A program made the position numbers and the translations under genes. A stretch of DNA of 64,000 nucleotides from Hyphomicrobiales bacterium (GTDB lineage: Bacteria; Pseudomonadota; Alphaproteobacteria; Rhizobiales; JACESI01), in NCBI GenBank assembly GCA_039964305.1, contig JBDVXS010000100.1, forward strand, positions 4,924 to 68,923, read 5' to 3'. This document shows, piece by piece, positions 47,898 through 58,764 of this stretch; within the stretch, counting starts at the first letter, position 1, and every line of letters starts with the position of its first letter. The notes beneath the pieces were generated by a model. That model did not search any database and had not been told where the DNA came from. It saw nothing but the letters and a program-made list of their open reading frames with translations.

Positions 47898-48743
47898 ATG
47901 AAAATTACCGAACTTCATAGCTATCCCATCAAAGGTATGCGCGGATTAAGCCATAATGAAATGAAGATCGAGGAACGCGGCCCTGCGGGGGATCGTCGTT
48001 GGTTGTTGGTTGATAATGAAAACCATTTTATCACGCAGCGCGAGACGTCAGGGCTTGCGAAAATCACCGTCGCTGAAACCGCCAATGGTTTGGAGATTTC
48101 GCCAGAGGCTGGTGGTGTGATTAAAGCTGCAATTCCTGATGGTGAAACGCGGGCGAATGTGAAAATTTGGGATGATGTGGTTTATGCAGCTGTTTGTGCG
48201 GATGCGACCAATGCAGCCTTGAGTGAGGCGCTGCAACGCGAGGTGAAGCTCGTTTTTATGGATGACGAAGCGCCGCGTATAGTAGGCGCAGAGATTGTTG
48301 TAACCCATAATGAAGTGAGTTTCGCTGATGCCCATCCGCTGCTTGTCACCAATGAGAAGTCGCTCGCTGCTTTGAATGATCAAATCTTGGGTTCAGCTGG
48401 CGAGGCTGTGCCCATGGACCGCTTCCGCAGTAACTTGGTGGTTGATGGTGCCAGTGCATGGGAAGAAGACAGCTGGTCTGTGGTTGAATGCGATGGCGTC
48501 ATCTTCGATGCTGATATCCCCTGTTCACGTTGTGTCGTGACAACGCAAGACCAACAAAGCGGCGAAGGGGCGACAGACAATCAACCGATTAGAGCGCTTA
48601 CCCAAATCAGGCGCTCTGGCGATCCGCGTGTTAAGGGTGTTTTGTTCGGTTTGAACCTTATCCCACGGGAAAGCGGCACAATTAACGTCGGCGCTGAATT
48701 CAATGTTTTAGAAACACGCGAGAAATGGAAGATCGCTCAATAA
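47898..48743 (+). CDS. MOSC domain protein
   Basis: YPIKG, DRRWLLVD, FADAHP, RFRSNLVV, PCSRCVVT. Confidence 0.93.
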   Translation: MKITELHSYPIKGMRGLSHNEMKIEERGPAGDRRWLLVDNENHFITQRETSGLAKITVAETANGLEISPEAGGVIKAAIPDGETRANVKIWDDVVYAAVCADATNAALSEALQREVKLVFMDDEAPRIVGAEIVVTHNEVSFADAHPLLVTNEKSLAALNDQILGSAGEAVPMDRFRSNLVVDGASAWEEDSWSVVECDGVIFDADIPCSRCVVTTQDQQSGEGATDNQPIRALTQIRRSGDPRVKGVLFGLNLIPRESGTINVGAEFNVLETREKWKIAQ

Positions 48744-48752
48744 CGGTTGGGC

Positions 48753-49763
48753 TTAAGTAATAGGCACTTCGCGCTGCTGTCGTTCTTGCTGTGGAGAGCG
48801 GGTGTAAAGTTCGCGGTAGCATTTAGAAAAATGCGACGCAGAAACAAAACCACAGGCAACGCCGACTTCCACAATTGGGATGTTGGATTGCAAGAGGAGG
48901 TGCCGTGCACGATCGAGGCGAAGCTCGAGGTAATAGCGGGCAGGGGACCGTCCAAGGTTTTTGTGAAACAACCGTTCAATTTGGCGACGGGACAGGCCAA
49001 CCCTGCCAGCAATATCCACCAACGACAAAGGCTCTGAAAGGCTCGTTTCCATCATTTCAATAATGGTCAAAAGCTTGGAGTTCTGTACGCCAAGACGAGC
49101 ACGAAGCGGCAAGCGCTGGCGGTCGCGTGGATTGCGCACACGGTCAGTCAAACACATTTCGCAAACGCGATTGACCACATTGCTATCGTGATCTTCATCA
49201 ATAAGGTGAAGCATGAGGTCGAGGGCAGCCGTTCCACCTGCGCAGGTGTAAATATCGCCATCAACTTCAAAAAGGTCAGCATAAACATCCGCTTCTGGGA
49301 AGCGCTCGGCAAAGCCTGGCAGGTTTTCCCAGTGGATAGCACAGCGTTTATCGTCCAAAAGGCCCGCATCCGCCATAATCCATGCGCCGGTACAAAGGCC
49401 TGCAATGGATGTTTTGCGACCAAGGGATGCGCGAAGCCATGCATTCAGCGTTTTGTTCGAGTAGTTTTCAATGCCCATGCCTGCGCAAACGACAATCATG
49501 TCTGCGCGTTCATCCACGTGAATGCGGCGGCGTTCTTCTTCTAAGGAGCCATCAACAGAACATTGCACATGGTTACTGGCAGTAACCGCTTCGCCGTCAT
49601 TTGAAATGAGACGCCAAGTATAAACATCACGGCCATAATAACGATTGGTTAGCCGCAACGGTTCCAGCGCCATGGTAAAGGCGATCATGGAAAAGTTAGG
49701 AGCTAGAAAAAACACATAGTGTTTTCGCTTGGGGGTGGCCATTGATGGCGAAGTGGCTTCCAT
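48753..49763 (-). CDS. GlxA/GbdR-like AraC family regulator with DJ-1/PfpI domain
   Basis: FSMIAF..ALEPLR, GLCTGA, IHWEN, TCAGG, LSRRQIERLF, CGFVSASHFSKCYR; divergent from soxB. Confidence 0.92.
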   Translation of the reverse strand: MEATSPSMATPKRKHYVFFLAPNFSMIAFTMALEPLRLTNRYYGRDVYTWRLISNDGEAVTASNHVQCSVDGSLEEERRRIHVDERADMIVVCAGMGIENYSNKTLNAWLRASLGRKTSIAGLCTGAWIMADAGLLDDKRCAIHWENLPGFAERFPEADVYADLFEVDGDIYTCAGGTAALDLMLHLIDEDHDSNVVNRVCEMCLTDRVRNPRDRQRLPLRARLGVQNSKLLTIIEMMETSLSEPLSLVDIAGRVGLSRRQIERLFHKNLGRSPARYYLELRLDRARHLLLQSNIPIVEVGVACGFVSASHFSKCYRELYTRSPQQERQQREVPIT

Positions 49764-49988
49764 GCGTCTAAACCCTCACACGGCAGTGATAACTTAAAAA
49801 TTGTTAGCAGAGAGTTTTAAAGTTTCAAACAGAATATTCACCTTGAAATGGGTTTTGTTTTGAAGACGACAAATCCATCGCCCAACGTGTCGCAAGATAG
49901 CTTGATATATTAGCTCTGTTCATTACAAGAATTTGTGTTATCAGCTACACCAATAATAATTAAAAGTCCGAGACGGGATGGAGAGCAC

Positions 49989-51242
49989 ATGCGTAATTAC
50001 TCCGTAATGAACCTCTTAAAACAAGGCCTTAAGGGTCATAAAGATTGGGAGCCAGCGTGGGGCCTTTCGACAACACCTAAGGATTCCTATGACGCTGTGA
50101 TAATCGGCGGCGGTGGTCACGGATTAGCGACGGCTTATTACATGGCCAAAGAGCACGGCATGACCAATATCGCCGTTATCGAAAAGGGTTGGATTGGCGG
50201 CGGTAATGCGGGCCGTAACACCACAATCATTCGCTCAAACTATCTCTATGATGAAAGTGCTGCGATTTACGACCATGCGCTAGACCTGTGGAAAACACTT
50301 GGTCGTGAGCTGAACTACAACATTATGATGAGCCACCGTGGCGTGTTGAACGTTGCCCATGATGAAGGCGAAGCGCGTACGATTAAGCGCCGTGTTGAGG
50401 CGAACCGTTTGAACGGCATTGAAGCTGAATGGCTTGATGCAAAGCAAGTTAAAGAATTTTGCCCACTTGTGAACATTAGCCCTGATGTGCGCTATCCAAT
50501 TGTTGGTGGCTCGCTCCAACGCTCAGGTGGTTCAAACCGCCATGATGCTGTGGTCTGGGCGTTTGCCCGTGCGGCTCACCAGCTTGGTGTTGATATTGTT
50601 CAACAATGCGAAGTGACAGGCTTTAAGATTGAAGGCGGTCAAATCACTGGTCTTTCCACAACCAAAGGCGATATCAAAACGCCGAAAGTTGCGTCTGTTG
50701 TGGCTGGTCATTCCAGCGTTATGGCGAAGATGGCAGATTTGAAATTGCCAATTGAAAGCCATCCGCTGCAAGCTTTGGTATCAGAGCCTGTAAAACCGAT
50801 TATGCCATGTGTATTAATGTCCAACCAAGTGCACGTTTATGTGTCACAATCGGACAAAGGCGGCATGGTGATTGGTGCTGGTATTGATCCTTATTGCTCA
50901 TACAGCCAGCGCGGCGGCTTCAATATTATTGAAGAGCAGATGGCAGCCGTCATGGAATTGTTCCCGATGATGTCGCGCCTTCGCATGGTGCGCCAATGGG
51001 GCGGTATTGTGGATGTTTGCCCTGATGCAAGTCCACTCATTACGAAGACACCCGTTAAGGGGTTCTACATTAATGCAGGCTGGGGCACAGGCGGCTGGAA
51101 GGCCACGCCGGGGTCTGGTCATGTGTTTGCCGACCTCGTCGCAAATGATGAGCCGAACGATATCGCTGCCCCATTCACAATGGAGCGTTTTGCAACAGGT
51201 AAGCTGGTCGCCGAACACGGCGCTGCAGCGGTTGCTCACTAA
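49989..51242 (+). CDS. soxB: Sarcosine oxidase subunit beta
   Basis: [42 protein letters not shown]. Confidence 0.95.
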   Translation: MRNYSVMNLLKQGLKGHKDWEPAWGLSTTPKDSYDAVIIGGGGHGLATAYYMAKEHGMTNIAVIEKGWIGGGNAGRNTTIIRSNYLYDESAAIYDHALDLWKTLGRELNYNIMMSHRGVLNVAHDEGEARTIKRRVEANRLNGIEAEWLDAKQVKEFCPLVNISPDVRYPIVGGSLQRSGGSNRHDAVVWAFARAAHQLGVDIVQQCEVTGFKIEGGQITGLSTTKGDIKTPKVASVVAGHSSVMAKMADLKLPIESHPLQALVSEPVKPIMPCVLMSNQVHVYVSQSDKGGMVIGAGIDPYCSYSQRGGFNIIEEQMAAVMELFPMMSRLRMVRQWGGIVDVCPDASPLITKTPVKGFYINAGWGTGGWKATPGSGHVFADLVANDEPNDIAAPFTMERFATGKLVAEHGAAAVAH

Positions 51243-51256
51243 GAGGGGATGAAACA

Positions 51257-51628
51257 ATGTTTATAATTAAGTGCCCCTATTGCGGCGAACGTGACCAATC
51301 AGAGTTTACTCATGGTGGTGAAGCTCATATTGACCGACCAGAATGGCGTGATGACATGACCGACGCTGAATGGTCTGATTTCGTGTTTTTGCGTCACAAC
51401 GAAAAAGGCGTTATCGCCGAACGTTGGATGCATGCAGCCGGTTGCGGCAAATGGTTTAATGGCCTTCGCAGCACAATTACCGATGAGATCTATGGGTTTT
51501 ATAAAATAGGTGAGAAGCCACCTAAGGTTGATACAGCTGAGCCTGCAACGCCAGCTGGTGAGCTATTGGGTTCAGGCAATGATGCCGTAAAAGTTGTGGC
51601 AGAGCTTTCCGAAGGAGACGCGAAATGA
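51257..51628 (+). CDS. soxD: Sarcosine oxidase subunit delta
   Basis: CPYCGER..EF..GGEAHI.RP, ERW.H..GC. Confidence 0.95.
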   Translation: MFIIKCPYCGERDQSEFTHGGEAHIDRPEWRDDMTDAEWSDFVFLRHNEKGVIAERWMHAAGCGKWFNGLRSTITDEIYGFYKIGEKPPKVDTAEPATPAGELLGSGNDAVKVVAELSEGDAK

Positions 51629-54600
51629 GTACCTATCGTCTCGATAAAGGCGGTCTAATTGACCGCACAAAACCGCTGCGTTTTACCTTTGATGGTAAGC
51701 CTGTATTGGGTTTTGAAGGGGATACAATTGCCTCTGCGATGATCGCCAATGGTCAGCATATGGTTGGCCGCTCTTTCAAATATCACCGTCCGCGCGGTAT
51801 TTTGGGCATAGGCTCAGAAGAGCCAGCAGCACTCGTGCAAATGGGTGACGGCAATGCTGAAACCACGCCAAACGTGCGGGTGACAGAGCAAGAAGTATTT
51901 GCGGGCCTTTCCGTGCGTTCCCAAAATGCATGGCCATCCCTAGAATTTGATGTTGGTCGTATGAACGACTATGCATGGCGGTTCATTCCAGCTGGCTTCT
52001 ATTACAAAACGTTCATGGGCCCTCCGGGTGCTTGGATGATGTTTGAGCCGATTATTCGGAAAGCAGCGGGTCTCGGCAAAAGCCCGACGGAAGCTGACCC
52101 AGACAACTACGAGCACGTAAATCGTCACTGCGATGTGCTGGTCATTGGTGGCGGTCCTTCAGGCATTATGGCAGCAGAAGCTGCAAGCCTTGCTGGCGCG
52201 CGCGTTATCTTGGTTGATGAGAGCAATCAGCTTGGTGGCCAGTTGCTTGGTGAAACGACTGAAACAACGTTGAATGACCAAGAACCTGTTGAATGGGTGG
52301 TGGCTGCTGAGGCGGCTCTTCGTGCCCGTGAAAATGTCACTATTTTAAACCGCACAACTGCCTTCGGCTATTACGCGGAAAACTTTGTTGGCCTTTGGGA
52401 AAAATGCACTGATCACTTGGCCCCATCTGATCGTCCTGAGCGTGCGCCTCGCGAGCGTTTATGGCGGGTACGGGCAAAGCACGTTGTTTTAGCAACGGGT
52501 GCCATCGAACGCTCCATCGCGTTTCACGAAAATGATCGCCCAGGCATTATGCTTGCCAGTGCCGCGCAGACTTATGCCTATCGCTATGGCGCGTTGCCGG
52601 GCAAAAACATTCTTGTCTTTGCCAACAATGATGCCGCATGGACAAATGCTTTTGCGCTTAAAGAAGCAGGTGCGAACATCGCGGGCATCGTTGATGCGCG
52701 GCCAAGTATAGATGCGGGCCTTCTTGCAAAAGCTGCTGAAGTCAGCATTGATCTCTTCCCACGTTCTGGCATTGTTGGAACGAAGGGGCATGCGCGGGTG
52801 AAAGAAGCCTCAATCCGCACACTTGGCGAAGATGGTCAGCCAACAGGCGCGACCAAGCAAGTTGAATGTGATTTAATCGCTGTTTCTGGTGGCTATAATC
52901 CAAACGTATCCTTGTTCTCACAATCGCGCGGCAAGCTGAAATATGATGAAAATATTGCAGGCTTCCGCCCAGCGCATTCATGGCAAAAGGAAACATCTGC
53001 GGGCAGTTGTAACGGCGCGTTTGATCTTGCAAGCTGCCTAACAGAAGGCGTAAAAGCAGGAACGAACGCAGCAATTGCTGTGGGCTTCAAGGAAGCGAAA
53101 GTTGCGTCTTTGACCCTGAAATCTAATCAGAAGACAGCAGCAGAAACGTTTGAGCTTTGGGATGTGCCAAGCGGCACAGGTATCCAGCGTGCTTGGGTTG
53201 ACCTTCAAAACGATGTGACGGCTAAAGATTTGCGCCTTGCTGTGCAGGAAGGCTATAGCTCTGTTGAACACGCCAAGCGCTACACGACTATGGGCATGGG
53301 CACGGATCAAGGCAAAACGTCTGGCGTAACGGCCTTTGGTATTCTAGCCCAGACAATGGGTAAATCGATCCCAGAGGTTGGTGTTACAACCTACCGTCAG
53401 CCTTATAAATCTGTCAGCCTTGGCGCGATTGCGGGTCAGCATATGGGCGAACTATATGCACCACGACGCGGCACACCAATGCATGAATGGCACCGCGAGG
53501 CGGGCGCTCATTTTGAAACAGTTGGCGATTGGTTGCGGGCGTGGGTCTATCCACAAACGGGCGAGACTTGGCAGCGTGCAGTTCAGCGCGAATCCAAAGC
53601 GGCTCGGACGGGCATCGGCATCTTAGATGCTTCAACGCTTGGTAAGATTGATATTCGCGGCAAAGATTCCCGTGAGTTCTTGAACCGTATTTACACCAAC
53701 GCGTGGTCTAAGCTTGGCATCGGCAAATGCCGTTATGGCCTCATGCTCAAAGAAGACGGTATGGTGTTTGATGATGGTGTGACGACTTGCCTTGCTGATG
53801 ACCATTTTCACATGACAACAACCTCAGGCGGGGCGGCTGGTGTGCTGTCTCATTTGGAAGATTATCTCCAAACTGAATGGCCAGACCTTGATGTTTGGTG
53901 CACGTCTGTCACCGAAGAATGGGCAGTGTCTTCTATCTGTGGACCAAAGTGTCACCAGTTGATCGCTGACTTGTTTGGCGATGGATACGGTCCCGACGAT
54001 ATGCCGTTTATGACCATGAAGGAAACGGAACTAGAAGGTGTGCCTGTGCGCATCTTCCGCATTTCGTTTACGGGTGAGCATTCTTACGAGATCAATGTGC
54101 CATCTGAATATGGTCGCTGGTTCTGGGATACCTTGATGGAACATGGCGCACAATATGACATCACGCCATATGGCACTGAAGCGATGCACTTGTTGCGTGC
54201 TGAAAAAGGTTTCATCATTGTTGGCCAAGAAACTGACGGCACCATCACGCCGCATGATTTGCGGATGGACTGGATTGTAAGCCAGAAGAAGGGTGACTTT
54301 GTTGGTAAGCGTTCGTTGTTCCGCTCAGATACAGTGCGCAAAGACCGCCATCAATTGGTGGGACTTATCACCGAAGACCGCTCAAAAGTGGTGGATGAAG
54401 GGGCGCATATCATTGCAACGTCTACGGAGCCTGCGCCACCCGTTCCAATGCTCGGCCATGTAACCTCCAGTTATTATAGCCCGAACATTCAACGTTCCAT
54501 CGCGCTCGCCTTGGTGAAAGGCGGCGGGGATCGCATGGGTGAAACAGTTTATGTGACACAACGTGGCAATGGCGAACCAATTCAAGCGACCATTACCGAT

Positions 54601-54633
54601 GTCGATTTTCTTGCTGAAGGAGCCGCATCATGA
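51625..54633 (+). CDS. soxA: Sarcosine oxidase subunit alpha
   Basis: GRSFKYHRPRG, DLQNDVT, KRYTTMGMGTDQGK, GcvT C-terminal domain. Confidence 0.96.
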   Translation: MSTYRLDKGGLIDRTKPLRFTFDGKPVLGFEGDTIASAMIANGQHMVGRSFKYHRPRGILGIGSEEPAALVQMGDGNAETTPNVRVTEQEVFAGLSVRSQNAWPSLEFDVGRMNDYAWRFIPAGFYYKTFMGPPGAWMMFEPIIRKAAGLGKSPTEADPDNYEHVNRHCDVLVIGGGPSGIMAAEAASLAGARVILVDESNQLGGQLLGETTETTLNDQEPVEWVVAAEAALRARENVTILNRTTAFGYYAENFVGLWEKCTDHLAPSDRPERAPRERLWRVRAKHVVLATGAIERSIAFHENDRPGIMLASAAQTYAYRYGALPGKNILVFANNDAAWTNAFALKEAGANIAGIVDARPSIDAGLLAKAAEVSIDLFPRSGIVGTKGHARVKEASIRTLGEDGQPTGATKQVECDLIAVSGGYNPNVSLFSQSRGKLKYDENIAGFRPAHSWQKETSAGSCNGAFDLASCLTEGVKAGTNAAIAVGFKEAKVASLTLKSNQKTAAETFELWDVPSGTGIQRAWVDLQNDVTAKDLRLAVQEGYSSVEHAKRYTTMGMGTDQGKTSGVTAFGILAQTMGKSIPEVGVTTYRQPYKSVSLGAIAGQHMGELYAPRRGTPMHEWHREAGAHFETVGDWLRAWVYPQTGETWQRAVQRESKAARTGIGILDASTLGKIDIRGKDSREFLNRIYTNAWSKLGIGKCRYGLMLKEDGMVFDDGVTTCLADDHFHMTTTSGGAAGVLSHLEDYLQTEWPDLDVWCTSVTEEWAVSSICGPKCHQLIADLFGDGYGPDDMPFMTMKETELEGVPVRIFRISFTGEHSYEINVPSEYGRWFWDTLMEHGAQYDITPYGTEAMHLLRAEKGFIIVGQETDGTITPHDLRMDWIVSQKKGDFVGKRSLFRSDTVRKDRHQLVGLITEDRSKVVDEGAHIIATSTEPAPPVPMLGHVTSSYYSPNIQRSIALALVKGGGDRMGETVYVTQRGNGEPIQATITDVDFLAEGAAS

Positions 54634-55238
54634 CTTCGATAAAAGCCCCTTTTAAACAATCACCCCTTGGGCATCGTAGTGCCTTAACGGGCGATGGTGT
54701 TCAAATGAGCGAACGGGCTCACCTGAACAAGACGATGTTGCGTGGAGACTTGGAAACGCTTGGTTCAGCTGTAGCCTCTGTTGCAGGTGCCAATGCGCCA
54801 ACGGCGAGCCAATCAACCTATACTAAAACGTGTGATGTCCATTGGATTGGGCCAGACACGTTGATGGTTTTGGCGGGCGAAGGCGAAGCGCTTGCTGACA
54901 GTTTTTCAAGCGAACTGGATGGCAAAGCTTGTCAGGTAGCGAACATTTCCAACAACTACACCGTGATTGAATTATCAGGTGCTAGGGCGAGAGATGTTTT
55001 GCAAAAACTTTCAACGCTGGATTTGGATGCTGCAGCCTTTGGTAAGGGCGCGGTTGCGGGCACTGTGTTTGCTCATTCAAATGTTGTGTTGGCTTGCCGC
55101 CTCGATGCGCCCGATACTTTTGACATCGTAATCCGCCGTTCTCATGCGGATTATCTTTGGTGCCTCATCGCTGATGCTGGCTACGAATATGGTTTCGATA
55201 AACAGGCAATCGTTGCCGGTGAAACACTGCGCCAATAG
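54630..55238 (+). CDS. soxG: Sarcosine oxidase subunit gamma
   Basis: WIGPD, LSGARARDVL, RRSHADYLW; last gene of the sox operon. Confidence 0.9.
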   Translation: MTSIKAPFKQSPLGHRSALTGDGVQMSERAHLNKTMLRGDLETLGSAVASVAGANAPTASQSTYTKTCDVHWIGPDTLMVLAGEGEALADSFSSELDGKACQVANISNNYTVIELSGARARDVLQKLSTLDLDAAAFGKGAVAGTVFAHSNVVLACRLDAPDTFDIVIRRSHADYLWCLIADAGYEYGFDKQAIVAGETLRQ

Positions 55239-55270
55239 GCGCAGTGTTTTCTCAAAGCCCCAAAGGGTGC

Positions 55271-55570
55271 TTAGAGTTTGTTTGAAAGTCGTGCATATCT
55301 GACTTTCTGTAATTCGCAGGCTGCGTTTTGATCAATCGGTAGTTTTGATGCCCATGTGACATCTCCTGCTGTCAGGCCAATATCATCCAATGTACGACGA
55401 TCAAGGGTTTGCAGGTTCTTAAATGCATCCCGCCGCTCAGCATGGGCGCGGTAGGTTGCGATTGCCTGTTGCAGTTTACCAAATGTATTTTCAATGCTGA
55501 TTAAAAGTTGATCGAAAAGGCTGTGCTGAGTGCTGTCTGGATGGGCGTTCATTTGTTCACATAAAGTCAT
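55271..55570 (-). CDS. DUF1127 domain protein
   Basis: L..LDRRTLDDIGLT.GDV motif; divergent from a LysR gene. Confidence 0.85.
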   Translation of the reverse strand: MTLCEQMNAHPDSTQHSLFDQLLISIENTFGKLQQAIATYRAHAERRDAFKNLQTLDRRTLDDIGLTAGDVTWASKLPIDQNAACELQKVRYARLSNKL

Positions 55571-55671
55571 TGTATTATCCTTTGATTTAGAAAAGCTTCA
55601 TTTCGTCTTGTCTTGTTCAACAATATTGATGATAAAGCTTGTTCAATCAAACGAAATGATCTAATGTGTAA

Positions 55672-55688
55672 GTTCAGAAAAATTGAAC
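55672..55688. promoter_or_regulatory. LysR-type T-N11-A inverted repeat
   Basis: GTTCA-gaaaaat-TGAAC between the divergent DUF1127 and LysR genes. Confidence 0.55.
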
Positions 55689-55712
55689 TGACCGTTCCAA
55701 TGAGGTTTCATC

Positions 55713-56621
55713 ATGAACAAGCACTCAGACGCTCCGGTGAATTTCAACGTACTCGCTCTCGAGTTGGACTTGTTGAAGACGTTCACAGCGATCGTTGATA
55801 CAGGCAGCTTTAAAGGGGCGGCGGAGCTTGTCTTGCGCACGCCTTCCGCCATCTCCATGCAGGTGAAGAAGCTTGAGGACATTGTCGGACGCCCGTTGTT
55901 TATTCGTGATGCACGTTCGGTAAACCTTACGCAGGACGGTGAAGTGTTGCTTGCTTATGCAAGGCGTTTGCTCAGTCTTTCAGATGAAGCGCTTGGCCAT
56001 TTTAGAAAGCCACAAATGGAAGGCGTTGTTAGCCTTGGCGCGCCAGATGATTATGGCAGTCGTTTCTTACCGAGCATTCTAAAACGGTTTTCCGTCACGC
56101 ACCCAGGTGTCGTAGTGGATGTGGTGATTGATCAAAGCTCTGCTTTGCGTGATCGGGTGAAAAAGGGGAAGCTCGACTTAACCCTAATCTCCTGTGATGG
56201 CGCGGTTGCGAGTGATCCTGATATTGAAGTGATCTTGGAAGAAAAACTCGTTTGGACAGGGGTCAAAGGCGGTTGCGCCCATTTGCAAGACCCGCTTCCT
56301 GTTTCCATGTGGGAAGAGGGCTGTGCGTGGCGCTCTAATGCTGTTTCAGCGCTTGCAACCAAGGGGCGTGACTATCGGGTTGCTTATATGAGCGCCCATA
56401 GTTCTGGGCAAAAAGCAGCGGTGCTCGCTGATCTTGCCGTTGCGCCTTTTCCAAAAAGCTTGCTTGATCATCCCATGCAAGAGCTGCGCGAAGAAGACGG
56501 TATGCCAGAGCTCAATACCTATAATATCGGCCTGTATAAAAAACCAAATGCGGGCGATGCTGTGCTTGCTGTTGCAAGTCACATTCGTTCTGCTTTTGAG
56601 GAACATCAAGCGCGTATTTAA
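55713..56621 (+). CDS. LysR family transcriptional regulator
   Basis: LKTFTAIVDTGSF..AA...RTPSAISMQVKKLE HTH, LGAPDDY. Confidence 0.95.
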   Translation: MNKHSDAPVNFNVLALELDLLKTFTAIVDTGSFKGAAELVLRTPSAISMQVKKLEDIVGRPLFIRDARSVNLTQDGEVLLAYARRLLSLSDEALGHFRKPQMEGVVSLGAPDDYGSRFLPSILKRFSVTHPGVVVDVVIDQSSALRDRVKKGKLDLTLISCDGAVASDPDIEVILEEKLVWTGVKGGCAHLQDPLPVSMWEEGCAWRSNAVSALATKGRDYRVAYMSAHSSGQKAAVLADLAVAPFPKSLLDHPMQELREEDGMPELNTYNIGLYKKPNAGDAVLAVASHIRSAFEEHQARI

Positions 56622-56627
56622 ACCGCG

Positions 56628-58718
56628 TTAGCCACGCCTTGCTCGTCCGCCACGTCTGCGTCTGCCACCGCCTGCAGGGTCACTGCCTTCAGCAGGCGCT
56701 GTTTTTTCTGGCAGGGCCACTTCTTTTGCAAGATTTGGAAACGGGTCCACCTTGTTCGGCAATGCCATCGCATTGACGAACAGTTCTTGGAACGCAGGTT
56801 CAAGGGCTGTTTCAATCTTTTCGATCTTTCCAACCATCTGTTCAATCTCGTCGCGGTAGCCTTTATTCAAAAGCGCCATGCGCGCGCCAGTGCCTGCGGC
56901 ATTACCAACAGCGTTGACCTCACTAAGGTCGCAATCAGGGATAAGACCAAGCACCATCGCGTATTTCGGGTCAATGAAGTTTCCAAACGCGCCTGCAAAT
57001 TTGATTCTGTGCACTTGCGTAACGCCAAGCTTATCCATCAAAAGGCGTACACCCGCATAAAGGGCCGCTTTTGCAAGCTGGATCGCGCGGATGTCTGTTT
57101 GTTTGATGATGAGATCAGGGTTTCCATTCTCACCACGCCAAGCGACATAAGAGAAGGTGCGACCATCTTCAATCACGCGGTCTGACAGGGCCGCTTTTGT
57201 GCCATCAATAATGCCGTCTTCGGTGATAACGCCTGCAAGAAACATTTCTGCCACGACTTCGATAATGCCAGAACCACAAACGCCGGTAACGCCTGTTTCT
57301 TTTACCTCGTCCACAAACCCTTCATCATCAGACCATTTCTCAGATCCAATAACGCGGATCCGCGGCTCGAGTGTTTCTGGGTTGATGCGAATGCGCTCGA
57401 TAGCACCGGGTGCTGCGCGTTGGCCGCAAGAAATTTCAGCGCCTTCAAAGGCGGGGCCAGTGGGTGATGAAGCTGCAACCGTGCGGTCTTTTGAACCAAG
57501 TACGATTTCTGCATTGGTGCCCACATCAACCAGCAGTGTAATCTCGTCTTCTTCATAAGGCCGCTCTGCTAATGTCGCAGCAGCAGCATCAGCCCCCACA
57601 TGGCCTGCAATACACGGCAAGGTGTAAACCCGTGCACCTTCGTTGAGGTTTATCTCAAGGTCACGTGCTGGCAGGGTGAGGGCATCTGATACGGTAAGGG
57701 CAAACGGTGCTTGGCCAATTTCTGTTGGATCAAGCCCGAGGAACAAGTGGTGCATGATTGGATTGCCAACAAAGGTGGCCTCCAATATGTCGTCACGCGC
57801 CACTTCAGATTGCTCGCAAATATCAGCAATCAATCCATCAATCGCTTCGCGCACAGATTTGGTAAGCGCTACTTCGCCGCCTTTGTTCATCATCACATAA
57901 GAAACGCGAGACATCAGGTCTTCGCCGAAACGGATTTGTGGGTTGGCAACACCAGCAGAAGCAATTGTGTCACCTGTCATCATGTCAGATAGGTGCATCG
58001 CGATGGTGGTAGAGCCGATGTCGCAGGCAAGGCCGTAGAGCTTTTCGCGGTAACCAGGCCATAGGGCTGTTACCGTGTGCACACCGCCTGCTGAATGGAC
58101 AGCCGCAGTCACGGCCCATTCGCCTTTGCGAAGGACGGATTGCAGGGTTTTGTAGAGATGAAAATCAACGCTGAGATTATCATAACCCCAGTCTTCTTTC
58201 AGTTGACGAACAAGACGGTCCGCATCACCGAGCGGCTTATGCATGTCTGGTTCTTCAACTTCCACGTAACGAAGATGGGTCGCCAAATCGCGCGGAATGT
58301 CGCGGGTGTCGGCGGCCTTGCGCACCATTTGATTGTTGGCGCTGGCTGCTTGCGGAATATCAATGACGAGGTCGCCATTAATCTTCGATGAGCAAGAAAG
58401 ACGGCGGTCATCTGCAAGCTCGCGCTTAGATTTATAGCGTGCTTCCGTATCAGAGAATTGCGAGAGATTGTCGGCACTACTGGTGATGCCGTGTTTGGCA
58501 AATTGACCTTCCGCGACACTGACCTGACACTTACCGCAAATGCCGCGACCACCGCAGACACTTTCGACATAAACGCCGAGTTCTCTTGCTGCATCAAGCA
58601 CGGGCGTGCCAACGGCAAAGCGCCCGCGTTTGCCTGATGGCATAAACAGCACAAGCGCGTCATCTTTTGATGGCGCGCCTGTGGTTGAAATTGTATCTGG
58701 TTTTGGCTGCTCGTTCAT
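56628..58718 (-). CDS. ASKHA-family ATP-dependent corrinoid reductive activator (RACo/RamA-like) with [2Fe-2S] domain
   Basis: CGGRGICGKC...RLSC ferredoxin, DIGSTT, DVGTNAE, GPAFEG, GVCGSG, LAGAFG-like FAGAFG. Confidence 0.9.
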   Translation of the reverse strand: MNEQPKPDTISTTGAPSKDDALVLFMPSGKRGRFAVGTPVLDAARELGVYVESVCGGRGICGKCQVSVAEGQFAKHGITSSADNLSQFSDTEARYKSKRELADDRRLSCSSKINGDLVIDIPQAASANNQMVRKAADTRDIPRDLATHLRYVEVEEPDMHKPLGDADRLVRQLKEDWGYDNLSVDFHLYKTLQSVLRKGEWAVTAAVHSAGGVHTVTALWPGYREKLYGLACDIGSTTIAMHLSDMMTGDTIASAGVANPQIRFGEDLMSRVSYVMMNKGGEVALTKSVREAIDGLIADICEQSEVARDDILEATFVGNPIMHHLFLGLDPTEIGQAPFALTVSDALTLPARDLEINLNEGARVYTLPCIAGHVGADAAAATLAERPYEEDEITLLVDVGTNAEIVLGSKDRTVAASSPTGPAFEGAEISCGQRAAPGAIERIRINPETLEPRIRVIGSEKWSDDEGFVDEVKETGVTGVCGSGIIEVVAEMFLAGVITEDGIIDGTKAALSDRVIEDGRTFSYVAWRGENGNPDLIIKQTDIRAIQLAKAALYAGVRLLMDKLGVTQVHRIKFAGAFGNFIDPKYAMVLGLIPDCDLSEVNAVGNAAGTGARMALLNKGYRDEIEQMVGKIEKIETALEPAFQELFVNAMALPNKVDPFPNLAKEVALPEKTAPAEGSDPAGGGRRRRGGRARRG

Positions 58719-58764
58719 TGCGCCAATATATCCTTAATTCCTAGATGAAACCTTGGTTTTAAGC

